Shown: in pieces, positions 33,629 through 44,221 of the stretch
Layout of the letters: every line of letters begins with the position of its first letter
Position numbering within the stretch: position 1 is the first letter of the stretch
Source: Fidelibacterota bacterium
GTDB taxonomy: Bacteria > Fidelibacterota > UBA2242
Assembly (NCBI GenBank): GCA_049975265.1
Contig: JBNGDF010000004.1
Location: 1-63,771 of the forward strand
Length of the DNA: 63,771 bases
Direction of reading: 5' to 3'
Program-made: the position numbers and the translations under genes
The notes under the pieces: model-generated
Database searches by the model: none
The model's input: the letters and a program-made list of their open reading frames with translations, nothing else
What the model was told of the DNA's origin: nothing

Positions 33629-34048
33629 ATGCTGGCACCTCGCAAAGTAAAACATCGTAAACAACAAAAAGGTCGGATGAAGGGCATCGCTACCCGCGGT
33701 AATGAGGTTAGTTTCGGTCACTTCGGTTTGAAAGCACTCGAGCCGGGCTGGATATCCAGCCGGCAAATTGAAGCCGTCAGGGTTGCCATTGCCCGGAAGG
33801 TGCGGAAACATGGAAAGATGTGGATCCGGATATTTCCAGACAAGCCGATTACCAAGAAGCCGGCGGAAACCCGCATGGGCAAAGGTAAAGGTGCACCCGA
33901 GTACTGGGTCGCCGTTGTGAAACCTGGTCGGGTTCTCTTTGAAGTGGAGGTGACCGATTTAGAGCAGGCCAAAGAAGCTTTCTCCACAGCGGCACATAAA
34001 TTACCGATTAAGACCAAAGTCGTAGCAAGACGTGAAGTAGGAGCGTAG
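33629..34048 (+). CDS. rplP: 50S ribosomal protein L16
   Basis: [16 protein letters not shown]. Confidence 0.98.
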   Translation: MLAPRKVKHRKQQKGRMKGIATRGNEVSFGHFGLKALEPGWISSRQIEAVRVAIARKVRKHGKMWIRIFPDKPITKKPAETRMGKGKGAPEYWVAVVKPGRVLFEVEVTDLEQAKEAFSTAAHKLPIKTKVVARREVGA

Positions 34049-34049
34049 T

Positions 34050-34268
34050 GTGAAAAAAAGTCAATTAAGAGAAATGTCAGCCACCGAACTCGAAGCTCGT
34101 CTACAGGATGATATTACCGCATTGGAAAACCTGCGGTTTCAGAAAGCGCTGCAGCAGCTGGAAAATCCCATGAAAATCAAACAGGTTCGTCGGGAAATTG
34201 CCCAGATCAAGACGGTCTTATACGAGATGGAACTGGGTATCGAACGACCGGGCAAACAGGCTCAATAA
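34050..34268 (+). CDS. rpmC: 50S ribosomal protein L29
   Basis: [20 protein letters not shown]; gene order. Confidence 0.96.
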   Translation: MKKSQLREMSATELEARLQDDITALENLRFQKALQQLENPMKIKQVRREIAQIKTVLYEMELGIERPGKQAQ

Positions 34269-34285
34269 ATACAGGAACAGGGAAA

Positions 34286-34543
34286 ATGGAATCACGCAAA
34301 CATAGAAAATCTCTGATAGGAAAAGTCGTCAGCAATAAAATGGACAAGACTATTGTGGTGACAATTGACAGGAAATTTAAGCACCCGGTGTATGGGAAAT
34401 TCATCCGCAGAACTTCCAAATTTTATGCCCATGATCCTGATAACCGGTGCCAGATCGGGGATGTTGTCCGCATAGAAGAATCCCGTCCGCTCAGTCGCAA
34501 TAAACGTTGGTGTCTGGTAGAAATATTAGAACATGTTGATTGA
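34286..34543 (+). CDS. rpsQ: 30S ribosomal protein S17
   Basis: [24 protein letters not shown]. Confidence 0.98.
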   Translation: MESRKHRKSLIGKVVSNKMDKTIVVTIDRKFKHPVYGKFIRRTSKFYAHDPDNRCQIGDVVRIEESRPLSRNKRWCLVEILEHVD

Positions 34544-34564
34544 TATTTTAAAGAGGTAATTCCG

Positions 34565-34933
34565 ATGATACAGCAAGAGACAAGAATGAGTGTGGCCGAT
34601 AATACAGGAGCAAAAAAGGTTCTGTGTATCCGGGTATTGGGTGGTTCCGGACGCAAATATGCCTCTATCGGGGATATTGTAATCGTCAGTGTCAAACAGG
34701 CGTCACCGGGTGGAATGGTCAAAAAAGGCGAAAAATCCAAGGCGGTCATTGTCCGCACAAACAAAGAGATTCGCCGCAATGACGGTTCCTATATCCGCTT
34801 TGATGATAATGCCGCCGTCTTGATTGATAACAATCTCGAACCGCGGGGTACCCGTATTTTCGGGCCGGTCGCCAGAGAACTGCGTGAGAAAAACTACATG
34901 AAGATCGTATCCATGGCACCAGAGGTACTGTAA
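34565..34933 (+). CDS. rplN: 50S ribosomal protein L14
   Basis: [20 protein letters not shown]. Confidence 0.98.
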   Translation: MIQQETRMSVADNTGAKKVLCIRVLGGSGRKYASIGDIVIVSVKQASPGGMVKKGEKSKAVIVRTNKEIRRNDGSYIRFDDNAAVLIDNNLEPRGTRIFGPVARELREKNYMKIVSMAPEVL

Positions 34934-34945
34934 AGGAGAATTTGA

Positions 34946-35260
34946 ATGAACCGAATACGGAAAAATGATATGGTCAGAGTAATCTCCGGAAATTATAGAG
35001 GGAAAACCGGACGCGTGTTGAAGATCTACCCGCGAACCGACCGGATTATCGTAGAGGGGGTCAATTTTATCAAACGGCACACCCGCCCCAGCCAGACCAA
35101 TCAGCAGGGCGGAATTGTGGAAAAAGAGGCACCAATCCATGTCTCTAACGTTGTTTTGTTGATTAATAATAAACCGACCAAAGTTGGATACAAAACATTG
35201 AAAGACGGAAAAAAAGTACGTTATTCCAAAGAAACCGGTGAAGTAATCGATGCTAATTAA
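34946..35260 (+). CDS. rplX: 50S ribosomal protein L24
   Basis: KOW motif, [14 protein letters not shown]. Confidence 0.97.
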   Translation: MNRIRKNDMVRVISGNYRGKTGRVLKIYPRTDRIIVEGVNFIKRHTRPSQTNQQGGIVEKEAPIHVSNVVLLINNKPTKVGYKTLKDGKKVRYSKETGEVIDAN

Positions 35261-35271
35261 GGGAGTCGTCA

Positions 35272-35868
35272 GTGGCTAAAAAAGCAGAATACAGACCGAG
35301 ACTTTTTGAACAATATGAAACAACCGTTGTACCGGCAATGATTCAAAAGTTTGGGTATAAAAATAAAATGGAAGTTCCCAGACTGCAGAAAATCAGTCTG
35401 AATATTGGCGTCGGGAAAACCAAAGACGATCCGGCGGCATTAAAGCATGCTATGGAAGATTTACGGGTCATCACCGGGCAACAACCTGTGGTGACACATG
35501 CCAAAAAAGCCATATCCAATTTTAAAATCAGGCAGGGTGACCCGGTCGGTTGCCATGTTACATTGCGGCGTTATAAAATGTACGAATTTTTCGATCGGCT
35601 GATCTCCATCGCATTACCCCGGGTAAGGGATTTCTCCGGTATGGCGGATAAGGCATTTGACGGACGCGGAAATTACAACATGGGCATCAAGGAGCAGATC
35701 ATTTTTCCGGAAATTGATTACGATAAAGTGGATAAAATCCGGGGGATGAATATCACCATGACAACCACTGCTAAAACCGATGCCGAGGCACGCGAATTGC
35801 TGACACTGTTCGGTTTTCCGTTTAAGAAGCGACCGGTAAAGGAAGAAAACTCAGGGGAGAAGAACTGA
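35272..35868 (+). CDS. rplE: 50S ribosomal protein L5
   Basis: [29 protein letters not shown]. Confidence 0.98.
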   Translation: MAKKAEYRPRLFEQYETTVVPAMIQKFGYKNKMEVPRLQKISLNIGVGKTKDDPAALKHAMEDLRVITGQQPVVTHAKKAISNFKIRQGDPVGCHVTLRRYKMYEFFDRLISIALPRVRDFSGMADKAFDGRGNYNMGIKEQIIFPEIDYDKVDKIRGMNITMTTTAKTDAEARELLTLFGFPFKKRPVKEENSGEKN

Positions 35869-35869
35869 T

Positions 35870-36055
35870 ATGGCCAAAAAGTCAATGATCGCAAAAGCGC
35901 AGCGCAAACCCAAATTCTCTACCCGCAAGGTCAACCGCTGTTCGGTCTGTGGTAGACCACGTTCGTACTATCGCAAATTCGGATTGTGTCGTTTGTGTTT
36001 TCGAGAATTAGCGCTCAAGGGCGAAATTCCAGGTATTACTAAAGCCAGCTGGTAA
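35870..36055 (+). CDS. rpsN: 30S ribosomal protein S14, zinc-binding type Z
   Basis: 61 aa with CSVC and CRLC; ends KASW. Confidence 0.97.
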   Translation: MAKKSMIAKAQRKPKFSTRKVNRCSVCGRPRSYYRKFGLCRLCFRELALKGEIPGITKASW

Positions 36056-36073
36056 AACAGGAGAAAGATTTAT

Positions 36074-36472
36074 ATGCCAGTAACTGATCCAATTTCCGAT
36101 TATCTTACACAAATTCGCAATGCATTAGCCGCCAACCATCGCTGGGTCGATATACCGGCTTCGAATATGAAGAAGCGGATTTCATTGATTTTGAAACATG
36201 AAAAATATATCAAGGATTTTGTCCTGATCAACGACGGCAAACAGGGAGTTGTGCGCATTTATCTGCGGTATGGCAAAGACGGCACCCCCATCATAGAAGG
36301 GCTCCAGCGAGTCAGTCGACCGGGACGGCGGCAATATGTTAAAGCCACCGAAATTCCCCGTGTGCTGGGCGGTCTCGGCATTGCCGTAATGTCGACGCCG
36401 ATCGGTGTGGTTACCGACAAAATTGCCCGGAAATATAACGTTGGCGGTGAAGTACTGTGTCATATTTGGTAA
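36074..36472 (+). CDS. rpsH: 30S ribosomal protein S8
   Basis: DPISDYLTQIRNA, SRPGRR.Y, GGEVLC. Confidence 0.98.
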   Translation: MPVTDPISDYLTQIRNALAANHRWVDIPASNMKKRISLILKHEKYIKDFVLINDGKQGVVRIYLRYGKDGTPIIEGLQRVSRPGRRQYVKATEIPRVLGGLGIAVMSTPIGVVTDKIARKYNVGGEVLCHIW

Positions 36473-36497
36473 TGCGCGTTTAAGCAAGGAGTAAACT

Positions 36498-37040
36498 GTG
36501 TCAAGAATCGGTAAAAAACCCATACCCGTACCAGAAAAAACAGAGGTGACGATCCGCGACAACCGGATTTCAGTCAAGGGACCGAAAGGGGAATTAAGCT
36601 GGGAGTTTTCTCCGGAAATGACCGTTGTCAAAGAGGACAATGCCATTATAGTAACCCGCCCCAGTGACAGTAAAACTCATCGTTCCCTGCATGGGCTGAC
36701 CCGAATGCTGATCGCTAATATGGTGGAAGGTGTGACCACAGGCTTTCAAAAAACCCTGGAAATTGTCGGCGTCGGCTACTCGGCGGAGATGAAGGGCAAA
36801 TCACTGTTGCTGAACGTGGGGCTCTCACATCCGGTGTTGATTACACCCGGCGATGAGATCAATCTGTCGGTGCCCAAAAATCTGACCATTACGGTTAGCG
36901 GTATAAATAAACAGCAGGTGGGACAGATGGCGGCGAAGATCCGTTCGATAGCGCCGCCGGAACCCTACAAAGGCAAGGGTATTCGCTATAAGGATGAATA
37001 TATTCGCCGGAAAGCCGGTAAAAAAGTTGGTGTGAAATAG
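36498..37040 (+). CDS. rplF: 50S ribosomal protein L6
   Basis: SRIGKKPI, VKGPKG, PEPYKGKGIRY. Confidence 0.98.
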   Translation: MSRIGKKPIPVPEKTEVTIRDNRISVKGPKGELSWEFSPEMTVVKEDNAIIVTRPSDSKTHRSLHGLTRMLIANMVEGVTTGFQKTLEIVGVGYSAEMKGKSLLLNVGLSHPVLITPGDEINLSVPKNLTITVSGINKQQVGQMAAKIRSIAPPEPYKGKGIRYKDEYIRRKAGKKVGVK

Positions 37041-37051
37041 AGGATTTCGGA

Positions 37052-37426
37052 ATGAGTGCAAAAGTGAGTGATAGAATACAGTCAAGGTTGCGCCGCAAGG
37101 GGCATATTCGGAAACACGTAAGCGGTACCCCGGAGCGTCCGCGACTGGTCGTCTACCGCAGCCTGAATCATATTTATGCGCAGCTGGTGGATGATTCGAA
37201 CAGCAAAACTCTCATGACGGCTTCGGACTTGTCGGCGGAGGTGAAGTCGCAGATCAAGAAAGATACTACCAAGACTGACAGAGGTGGGCTCGTCGGTGAA
37301 CTGATCGCCCGGAAAGCCCTTGAAAATAAAATTAAACGCGTGGTGTTTGATCGCGGTGGATTCAAGTATCACGGCAGAGTCAAAGCCCTAGCGGAAGCTG
37401 CCCGGAATGCCGGCTTGGAATTCTAA
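37052..37426 (+). CDS. rplR: 50S ribosomal protein L18
   Basis: RPRLVVYRS..HIYAQ, FDRGGFKYHGRV. Confidence 0.98.
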   Translation: MSAKVSDRIQSRLRRKGHIRKHVSGTPERPRLVVYRSLNHIYAQLVDDSNSKTLMTASDLSAEVKSQIKKDTTKTDRGGLVGELIARKALENKIKRVVFDRGGFKYHGRVKALAEAARNAGLEF

Positions 37427-37444
37427 TCTCAAAGGAGTAATAAT

Positions 37445-37951
37445 TTGAAATCAATCGATCCTACTCAGTTGGAATTGCTGGAAGAAAAGGTGATCAAGAT
37501 CAATCGCGTCGCCAAAGTGGTGACCGGCGGTCGGCGCTTTAGCTTTAACGCCATTGTTGCGATTGGTGACGGTAAAGGACACGTGGGCATCGGTCTCGGG
37601 AAAGCGCAGGAGGTGACAATCGCCGTTTCCAAGGGTAAAGAAAACGCCAAGAAGAATATTATCCGGGTTCCGGTCATTAACGGGACGATTCCCCACGCCG
37701 TTCAGGCAAAATATGGTGCCGCGATTGTGATTTTAAAACCCGCCTCACCCGGTACCGGAATCATCGCCGGCGGTCCGATCCGTGCCATTATGGAACAGGT
37801 CGGCGTCCGGGATATTTTATCCAAATCCATCGGCTCGAACAATACTCACAATATTGTTAAAGCAACCATGCGGGCGCTGCAGATGCTCCGTGACCCCTAT
37901 ATGGTTGCTCACAAACGCGGAATGACACTTCAGGAGATATTCGGCTCATGA
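37445..37951 (+). CDS. rpsE: 30S ribosomal protein S5
   Basis: RVAKVVTGGRRFSF, PASPGTGIIAGG. Confidence 0.98.
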   Translation: MKSIDPTQLELLEEKVIKINRVAKVVTGGRRFSFNAIVAIGDGKGHVGIGLGKAQEVTIAVSKGKENAKKNIIRVPVINGTIPHAVQAKYGAAIVILKPASPGTGIIAGGPIRAIMEQVGVRDILSKSIGSNNTHNIVKATMRALQMLRDPYMVAHKRGMTLQEIFGS

Positions 37952-38148
37952 GTAAAAATAAAAACGCCAAGTTGAAGATTACCCAGATAAAAAGTGCTAT
38001 TGATTATCATCGGAAGACGCGCAGAACGCTTGAGGCACTGGGAATCAAGCGTATGCATCACACGGTTGTGCAACCGGACAATCCGGCGATTCGGGGTATG
38101 ATTAAGTCGATCGAACATCTGTTAAACGTTGAAGAAATTAAGGAATAG
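37948..38148 (+). CDS. rpmD: 50S ribosomal protein L30
   Basis: LKITQIKSAI, TLEALG, PAIRGMI. Confidence 0.96.
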   Translation: MSKNKNAKLKITQIKSAIDYHRKTRRTLEALGIKRMHHTVVQPDNPAIRGMIKSIEHLLNVEEIKE

Positions 38149-38150
38149 TC

Positions 38151-38588
38151 ATGAATCTCGGCTCTCTTAGTAAAGCTTTCGGTTCAACAAAGGAACACAA
38201 ACGTCGCGGTAAAGGACAGGCTTCCGGAAACGGTGGTACCGCCGCGCGAGGCCATAAAGGGTATCATTCCCGTTCAGGATCAAAGCGGCGCGCCTGGGTC
38301 GAAGGTGGAACCATGCCAATCTACCGTCGTTTGCCGAAGCGGGGATTTAAGAATATTTTTCGTGAAGAGGTTCAGATTGTCAATCTGAGCACCCTTGCCC
38401 GTCTGCAGGTGAAGGAGGTGAACCTCGATCTGATGCTGGAAAAGGGTATCATTGATACATTGGCAAAACCGGTGAAGGTATTGGGGGTTGGTGTACTGAA
38501 AGAGCCGATCACGGTCACGGCTAATGCTTTCAGTAAAACGGCAATGGAAAAAATCGAAGCTAGCGGTGGAAAGGCTGTAATTCTATGA
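38151..38588 (+). CDS. rplO: 50S ribosomal protein L15
   Basis: RGHKG..SRSG, EGG.MP..RRLPKRGF. Confidence 0.97.
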   Translation: MNLGSLSKAFGSTKEHKRRGKGQASGNGGTAARGHKGYHSRSGSKRRAWVEGGTMPIYRRLPKRGFKNIFREEVQIVNLSTLARLQVKEVNLDLMLEKGIIDTLAKPVKVLGVGVLKEPITVTANAFSKTAMEKIEASGGKAVIL

Positions 38589-39925
38589 GACAACAATTCC
38601 AGAGCGTTTTTCGGATTCCAGAATTGCGGAGAAGAATCCTGTATACCCTCGCCATCCTGGTTGTTGTCAGGGTTGGCGCCCATGTACCGATTCCAGGTAT
38701 CGACGTCGAAGTGCTGGGAGCAGCGATGCGCAATTTTTCGACGACGCTTTTTGGATTGTACGATCTATTCGCGGGCGGGGCTTTCTCAAGGGCAACGCTG
38801 TTTGCACTCGGTATTATGCCCTATATCAGTGCGTCAATTATCATTCAGCTGCTGGGTGCGGTCATTCCCTATTTTCAGAAATTGCAGAAAGAGGGTGAAG
38901 AGGGACGTAAAAAGATTACCCAGATCACCCGTTATGGTACGGTTTTGATTGCCGGGCTCCAGTCTTTCAGTATCGCCCAGCTCCTGATGAGTCCGCAGAT
39001 GTCAGCCCGCATCGGCAACCAGATTCTGCCGGTGGTTCCCAATCCCGGGATCGGATTTACCCTGATGACGATGTTGACGCTTGTAACCGGAACCATCTTA
39101 ATCATGTGGCTCGGTGAAAGGATTACCGAGCGGGGTATCGGCAACGGTATCTCTCTGATTATTATGGTGGGCATTCTGGCGCGTCTGCCCAATGTCATCC
39201 TGAGTGAAATCACCCTGGTTCGGGAAGATGTACGCGGTATTTTTACGGAAGTGATCCTGATTGCCCTGATGTTTGTCATCGTCGGTTTTGTGGTGTTATT
39301 GACTCAAGGACAACGTAAAATTCCGGTGCAATATGCCAAGCGGGTCGTCGGGCGGAAAGTATACGGCGGACAGGCTACGCATATTCCCCTGCGGGTCAAT
39401 ACCGCCGGTGTGATGCCGATCATTTTTGCGCAGGCGATTATGTTTATTCCCAACACGATCGGGACCTTTTTCCCCAACAGCGATTTTATCCAGGGTGCGA
39501 TGCGGTTTTTTTCCTATGAATCCTGGTTTTACTGGCTGGTTTTCGGCGCTCTGATTGTGTTTTTTACCTACTTTTACACTGCGATTGCCTTCAATCCGGT
39601 GGAAGTGGCTGATAACATGAAGAAATACGGCGGTTTTATCCCCGGTATTCGACCCGGGAAGAGGACTTCGGAGTTTATTGACAATATTTTAACCAAAGTG
39701 ACTCTGCCGGGCTCCTTTTTTCTGGCATTCGTCGCGATTTTTCCTTATATATTAATGAAAATAATGGACCTGCCTTATGATGTAGCGTCCTTTTTTGGCG
39801 GCACCAGCCTGTTGATTATTGTTGGTGTTGCGCTTGATACATTGCAGCAGATCGAATCGCATCTGCTGATGAGACATTACGATGGATTTTTGAAAAGCGG
39901 AAAGTTGAAGGGTCGTCGCCGTTAA
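38585..39925 (+). CDS. secY: Preprotein translocase subunit SecY
   Basis: LGIMPYISASII, GIGNGISL, IPGIRPG, GGTSLLI. Confidence 0.99.
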   Translation: MRQQFQSVFRIPELRRRILYTLAILVVVRVGAHVPIPGIDVEVLGAAMRNFSTTLFGLYDLFAGGAFSRATLFALGIMPYISASIIIQLLGAVIPYFQKLQKEGEEGRKKITQITRYGTVLIAGLQSFSIAQLLMSPQMSARIGNQILPVVPNPGIGFTLMTMLTLVTGTILIMWLGERITERGIGNGISLIIMVGILARLPNVILSEITLVREDVRGIFTEVILIALMFVIVGFVVLLTQGQRKIPVQYAKRVVGRKVYGGQATHIPLRVNTAGVMPIIFAQAIMFIPNTIGTFFPNSDFIQGAMRFFSYESWFYWLVFGALIVFFTYFYTAIAFNPVEVADNMKKYGGFIPGIRPGKRTSEFIDNILTKVTLPGSFFLAFVAIFPYILMKIMDLPYDVASFFGGTSLLIIVGVALDTLQQIESHLLMRHYDGFLKSGKLKGRRR

Positions 39926-39935
39926 GCACCGGATA

Positions 39936-40691
39936 ATGATTTATATTCGTTCTCCAAAAGAGGTGGCTAAGATCAGGACGAGCAATCGCATTGTCGCTGA
40001 GACACTGACACTGATTGGAGAAGAAATCCGACCGGGGATCACGACGCAGCAGCTGGATCGCATGGCAGAAGACTATATTCACAGCTGTGATGCCCAGCCG
40101 GCGTTTAAAGGTTACAACGGATTTCCCGCCACCATCTGCACCAGTATTGATGAAGAGGTTGTTCATGGAATCCCGGGAGAGCGGGAATTGCGTGAAGGTG
40201 AGATTATCGGCATCGATGTGGGTGTTTTAAAGGATGGCTATTATGGTGACGCTGCCTATACCTTTGCAGTGGGAAGGGTTGATGAAACCCGGCAGTCCCT
40301 GATGAATGTCACGGAGGAATCACTCTATATAGGCATTGAGCAGGCGCGCAGTGGGAATCACCTTTCGGATATCGGGCACGCAATTCAGACCTACGTGGAA
40401 TCCCAGGGATTCTCGGTTGTCAGGACACTGGTGGGGCACGGCATCGGGACGCAGCTGCACGAGGCACCGGAAGTGCCCAATTATGGTGATCCGGGCAGAG
40501 GACCCCTGCTGAAAACGGGAATGTGCCTGGCGATTGAGCCCATGGTCAACGCCGGGACCTTTGAAGTGGAGTTGCTGGCAGATGGCTGGACAATGGTGAC
40601 GAAAGACCATAAACCGTCGGCGCATTATGAGCATACCATTGCGATCACCGACAACGATCCGCTGATCTTATCAACCAGAGAAGCAGGGTAA
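39936..40691 (+). CDS. map: Methionine aminopeptidase type I
   Basis: VVHGIP, GHGIG..LHE, AIEPM, SAHYEHT. Confidence 0.97.
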   Translation: MIYIRSPKEVAKIRTSNRIVAETLTLIGEEIRPGITTQQLDRMAEDYIHSCDAQPAFKGYNGFPATICTSIDEEVVHGIPGERELREGEIIGIDVGVLKDGYYGDAAYTFAVGRVDETRQSLMNVTEESLYIGIEQARSGNHLSDIGHAIQTYVESQGFSVVRTLVGHGIGTQLHEAPEVPNYGDPGRGPLLKTGMCLAIEPMVNAGTFEVELLADGWTMVTKDHKPSAHYEHTIAITDNDPLILSTREAG

Positions 40692-40695
40692 TTGT

Positions 40696-40914
40696 ATGGC
40701 AAAGGAAAAATTGATCAAAGTTGATGGAATCATCAAGGAAAATCTACCCAATGCCTCATTTCGGGTTGAGCTGGAGAACGGTCATGAGGTCCTGGCTCAT
40801 GTATCGGGGAAGATGAGAATGCACTTTATCAAGATTTTACCGGGTGATAAGGTGTCACTGGAGCTCTCACCCTACGATTTAACCCGGGGCCGCATCACAT
40901 ATCGTTATAAATAG
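40696..40914 (+). CDS. infA: Translation initiation factor IF-1
   Basis: [25 protein letters not shown]. Confidence 0.98.
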   Translation: MAKEKLIKVDGIIKENLPNASFRVELENGHEVLAHVSGKMRMHFIKILPGDKVSLELSPYDLTRGRITYRYK

Positions 40915-40926
40915 AATGGATGAATC

Positions 40927-41040
40927 ATGAAAGTTAGAGCATCAGTAAAGAAAATTTGTGACAAATGCAAAATTATTCGCCGAAAGGGCGTTGTAAGGGT
41001 TATTTGTTCGAATCCAAAGCACAAGCAGCGTCAAGGATAA
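40927..41040 (+). CDS. rpmJ: 50S ribosomal protein L36 (zinc-binding type)
   Basis: Translated by hand: [37 protein letters not shown], 37 aa. Confidence 0.97.
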   Translation: MKVRASVKKICDKCKIIRRKGVVRVICSNPKHKQRQG

Positions 41041-41060
41041 TAGCGAAATAGGAGGAAATT

Positions 41061-41447
41061 TTGGCTCGAATTGCGGGTGTAGATTTACCAAACGATAAAA
41101 AAATCAAGATTTCGTTGACCTATATCTACGGAATAGGTCGCACCATGGCTTTGGATATTTGCAAAAAAGCCAAAGTAGATTCGGAAATCCGAACCAAAGA
41201 CCTGACCGAAGAGCAGGTTCACGAAATCCGGACGATTATTGCCAACGATTACAAGGTCGAGGGAACCCTGCGGACCGAGACCACCATGAATATCAAACGC
41301 CTGATGGATATCGGTTGTTACCGGGGCTTGCGGCATCGCCGCGGTCTGCCGGTCAGGGGACAGCGGACAAAAACCAATGCGCGTACCCGCAAAGGTCCCA
41401 GCCGGACGGTTAGTCGCAAGAAGGCAAAAGTGGGAAAAAAAGGTTAA
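41061..41447 (+). CDS. rpsM: 30S ribosomal protein S13
   Basis: [35 protein letters not shown]. Confidence 0.98.
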   Translation: MARIAGVDLPNDKKIKISLTYIYGIGRTMALDICKKAKVDSEIRTKDLTEEQVHEIRTIIANDYKVEGTLRTETTMNIKRLMDIGCYRGLRHRRGLPVRGQRTKTNARTRKGPSRTVSRKKAKVGKKG

Positions 41448-41464
41448 TATAGGAGGTATTTCAG

Positions 41465-41854
41465 TTGCCACCCAAAAGAACTGTTAAGAAGAAACGCAAA
41501 ATAAAGGTTGATGCCGAAGGTATTGCCACCATTAAAGCGACCTTTAACAACACCATCATATCTCTGACCGATCAATACGGGAACGTTGTTTCCTGGGCGT
41601 CGGCAGGAACGGTTGGTTTTAAGGGCTCCCGGAAAAACACGCCCTATGCCGCTCAGCAGGCGGCGAATAAGGCGGCGAAGGAGGCACTGGACATGGGACT
41701 CAGTCGGGTAGAAGTGCGAGTAAAGGGACCCGGTTCCGGGCGCGAGGCAGCGATCCGGGCACTCAACCTGGCCGGCATGCAGATCAGTGCGATCAAAGAT
41801 GTCACCCCCATTCCCCATAACGGATGCAGACCTCCCAAGCGGAGAAGAGTATAA
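41465..41854 (+). CDS. rpsK: 30S ribosomal protein S11
   Basis: [33 protein letters not shown]. Confidence 0.98.
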   Translation: MPPKRTVKKKRKIKVDAEGIATIKATFNNTIISLTDQYGNVVSWASAGTVGFKGSRKNTPYAAQQAANKAAKEALDMGLSRVEVRVKGPGSGREAAIRALNLAGMQISAIKDVTPIPHNGCRPPKRRRV

Positions 41855-41874
41855 ATCAGTAGGAGTAGAATTCA

Positions 41875-42504
41875 ATGGCAAGATATACAGGTCCCGTTTG
41901 TAAGTTGTGTCGCCGCGAAGGTGTAAAACTCTACCTCAAAGGCGAACGGTGTAACTCGACGAAGTGTTCTTTTGAAACCAAAAGTTATGCCCCCGGACAA
42001 CACGGACAGACGAGTCGCAGACGTTTATCCAATTACGGTTTGCAATTACGGGAAAAGCAGAAAATCAAGCGAATCTACGGCGTGCTGGAAAAACAGTTCC
42101 GGCGTTACTTCGCTAAAGCCGACAGGGAAAAAGGTGTTACCGGAACCAACCTTATGAAAATGCTGGAGAGCCGTCTGGACAATGTGGTGTACCGGCTCGG
42201 ATTCGCCGCCTCCCGGAATATGGCGCGCCAGCTGGTTCTGCACCGGCATTTTCTGGTCAACGGCAAAATCGTCGATATCCCGTCATATCAATGCCGGGCA
42301 GGCGATACTATTCAGGTCTGTGAGACCAGTAAAAAAATGAGCTATATCCATGAGTCTATGAAACGGATTCGTGGTGATCACGATCTACCCTGGTTGATTC
42401 TGGACAAAGCCAAAATGCAGGGTATCTTTATTCAAGTTCCCGAAAGAGATCAAATGGGCATCGATGTGAATGAACAGTTGGTTGTGGAACTCTATTCTAA
42501 ATAA
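41875..42504 (+). CDS. rpsD: 30S ribosomal protein S4 (zinc-binding type)
   Basis: [16 protein letters not shown]...KC, QLREKQK, LESRLDN. Confidence 0.98.
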   Translation: MARYTGPVCKLCRREGVKLYLKGERCNSTKCSFETKSYAPGQHGQTSRRRLSNYGLQLREKQKIKRIYGVLEKQFRRYFAKADREKGVTGTNLMKMLESRLDNVVYRLGFAASRNMARQLVLHRHFLVNGKIVDIPSYQCRAGDTIQVCETSKKMSYIHESMKRIRGDHDLPWLILDKAKMQGIFIQVPERDQMGIDVNEQLVVELYSK

Positions 42505-42518
42505 AAAAAGAGGAAATA

Positions 42519-43499
42519 ATGACCACTCAGGAACAAATTGTAACGAGAGTAACCAAAGAAGTTTTAACCGATACATACGGTCAGTTTATCGTTCAGCCGC
42601 TTGAAAGAGGGTTTGGGACGACACTGGGCAACGCATTGCGGCGCGTTTTGATTACTGCCGTTCCCGGTGCCGCCATCTCAGCGATAAAGATTGACGGTGT
42701 GTTGCACGAATTTGCCACAATTCCCGGTGTCATTGAAGATGTGGCTACCATTATTCTGAATCTAAAACAGGTGCGGTTTAAAATTAATCAGGATGCCAAA
42801 CCGGAGAAAGTCATATTATCTTTTAAAGGTAAAGGAACGTTTACTGCCGGTGCTATCGGTAAGGATACTACCGATTTCGAGATTCTCAATCCCGATCTGC
42901 ATATCTGTGAAATGAACGAGAAGGCAGATTTAACGATAGAACTGAAAATATCAAGGGGTACCGGCTGGGTTCCGGCTGATAAAAACAAAACCGTTGACTA
43001 TCCGATCGGTACCATCTTTATCGATTCAATCTTCTCACCGGTTACGAACGCTACCTATAAAGTGGAAAGCCTGCCCGGTACCGCCCGTGAGACGCTGGAA
43101 AAGCTGACTCTTGATGTGCATACCGACGGCAGCATCAGCCCCGAAAAGGCGGTGGATTTTTCGGCGAAACTGCTCATGGAGTATTTTTCGCTCTTTTCAA
43201 CCGCCGAATCTTCACAGATTGAGATTCCCCGTGAAGCACCCGATGAAGAGGTAATCCGCATTCGCAATCTACTGAAAAAGAGCGTCGATGAGATGGAGTT
43301 ATCAGTCAGATCTTATAACTGCCTGAAAGCCAACAGTATCCGCACCATTGCAGACCTCGTCTCGAAGGAAGAATCCGAGATGCTCAAATTCAAGAACTTT
43401 GGCCGTAAATCCCTGAATGAATTGATGGCGAAACTGAAAGAGATGAACCTGGAATTCGGAATGGATGTCGATCAGTACCTGTCCGAAAAAGACGAATAA
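42519..43499 (+). CDS. rpoA: RNA polymerase alpha subunit
   Basis: PLERGFGTTLGNALRRVL, LSVRSYNCL, NFGRKSL. Confidence 0.98.
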   Translation: MTTQEQIVTRVTKEVLTDTYGQFIVQPLERGFGTTLGNALRRVLITAVPGAAISAIKIDGVLHEFATIPGVIEDVATIILNLKQVRFKINQDAKPEKVILSFKGKGTFTAGAIGKDTTDFEILNPDLHICEMNEKADLTIELKISRGTGWVPADKNKTVDYPIGTIFIDSIFSPVTNATYKVESLPGTARETLEKLTLDVHTDGSISPEKAVDFSAKLLMEYFSLFSTAESSQIEIPREAPDEEVIRIRNLLKKSVDEMELSVRSYNCLKANSIRTIADLVSKEESEMLKFKNFGRKSLNELMAKLKEMNLEFGMDVDQYLSEKDE

Positions 43500-43521
43500 C
43501 TAATTAGAGGAGAATTCAGTC

Positions 43522-44205
43522 ATGCGACATCAGAAACGGGTTGCGAAACTGGGTCGTACAGCAAGTCACCGAAAAGCATTGATGATGAATCTGGCAAAGT
43601 CCCTGATTCAACATGGAAAAATTAAAACCACTGATGCCAAAGCCAAGGAATTGCGACGGATTGTCGAGCGCTTGATCACTTACGGCAAGCGCGGTACCGT
43701 TCATCACAGGCGCTTGGCGTATCGTATTCTTCAGGACCGTGCAATCGTCAAAATTCTGTTTGAACATATTGCACCGCAATATTCCGAGCGTAACGGCGGT
43801 TATACCCGGATTGCCAAACTGGGATTCCGGGATCATGACAACGCCGCAATCTCTCTGATTGAATTTGTGGACTATCGCTTACCGGGCGAAAAGAAAAATC
43901 CGAAGCCGGCGAAAAAGGAAACCACCACCAAAAAGGAAAAAACCAGCGCGGCTAAACCGAAAACCAAAGAGATCAAGAAAAAGGCTGCCAAGAAACCATC
44001 TCCAAAAGAAGTAGCAGAGCCGGAACCTGAAAAAACACCGGAAAACGCAGAAGCCGAAGCGGCGGTGGAAGAGACTACCGGTGAAGATTCTGTCCGGAGC
44101 GATGTGCCTGGCGACGCTGCAGAAACTCAAAAAACCGAAGAACCGGAACCAGAGAAAATACCGGATTCCGAATCACAGGAAGAAAAACAGAAACCGGCTG
44201 AATAG
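43522..44205 (+). CDS. rplQ: 50S ribosomal protein L17 with a long Lys/Glu-rich C-terminal extension
   Basis: KLGRTASHRKAL, IKTTDAKAKE, RNGGYTRI, then about 110 aa of low-complexity tail. Confidence 0.96.
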   Translation: MRHQKRVAKLGRTASHRKALMMNLAKSLIQHGKIKTTDAKAKELRRIVERLITYGKRGTVHHRRLAYRILQDRAIVKILFEHIAPQYSERNGGYTRIAKLGFRDHDNAAISLIEFVDYRLPGEKKNPKPAKKETTTKKEKTSAAKPKTKEIKKKAAKKPSPKEVAEPEPEKTPENAEAEAAVEETTGEDSVRSDVPGDAAETQKTEEPEPEKIPDSESQEEKQKPAE

Positions 44206-44221
44206 CACACCGGAAATCTTG

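Noticed and set aside
44081..44221. Long overlap of the GHL10 ORF with rplQ
   Set aside because: The signal-peptide-like sequence begins at about 44222. The upstream part is an alternative frame of the rplQ tail.
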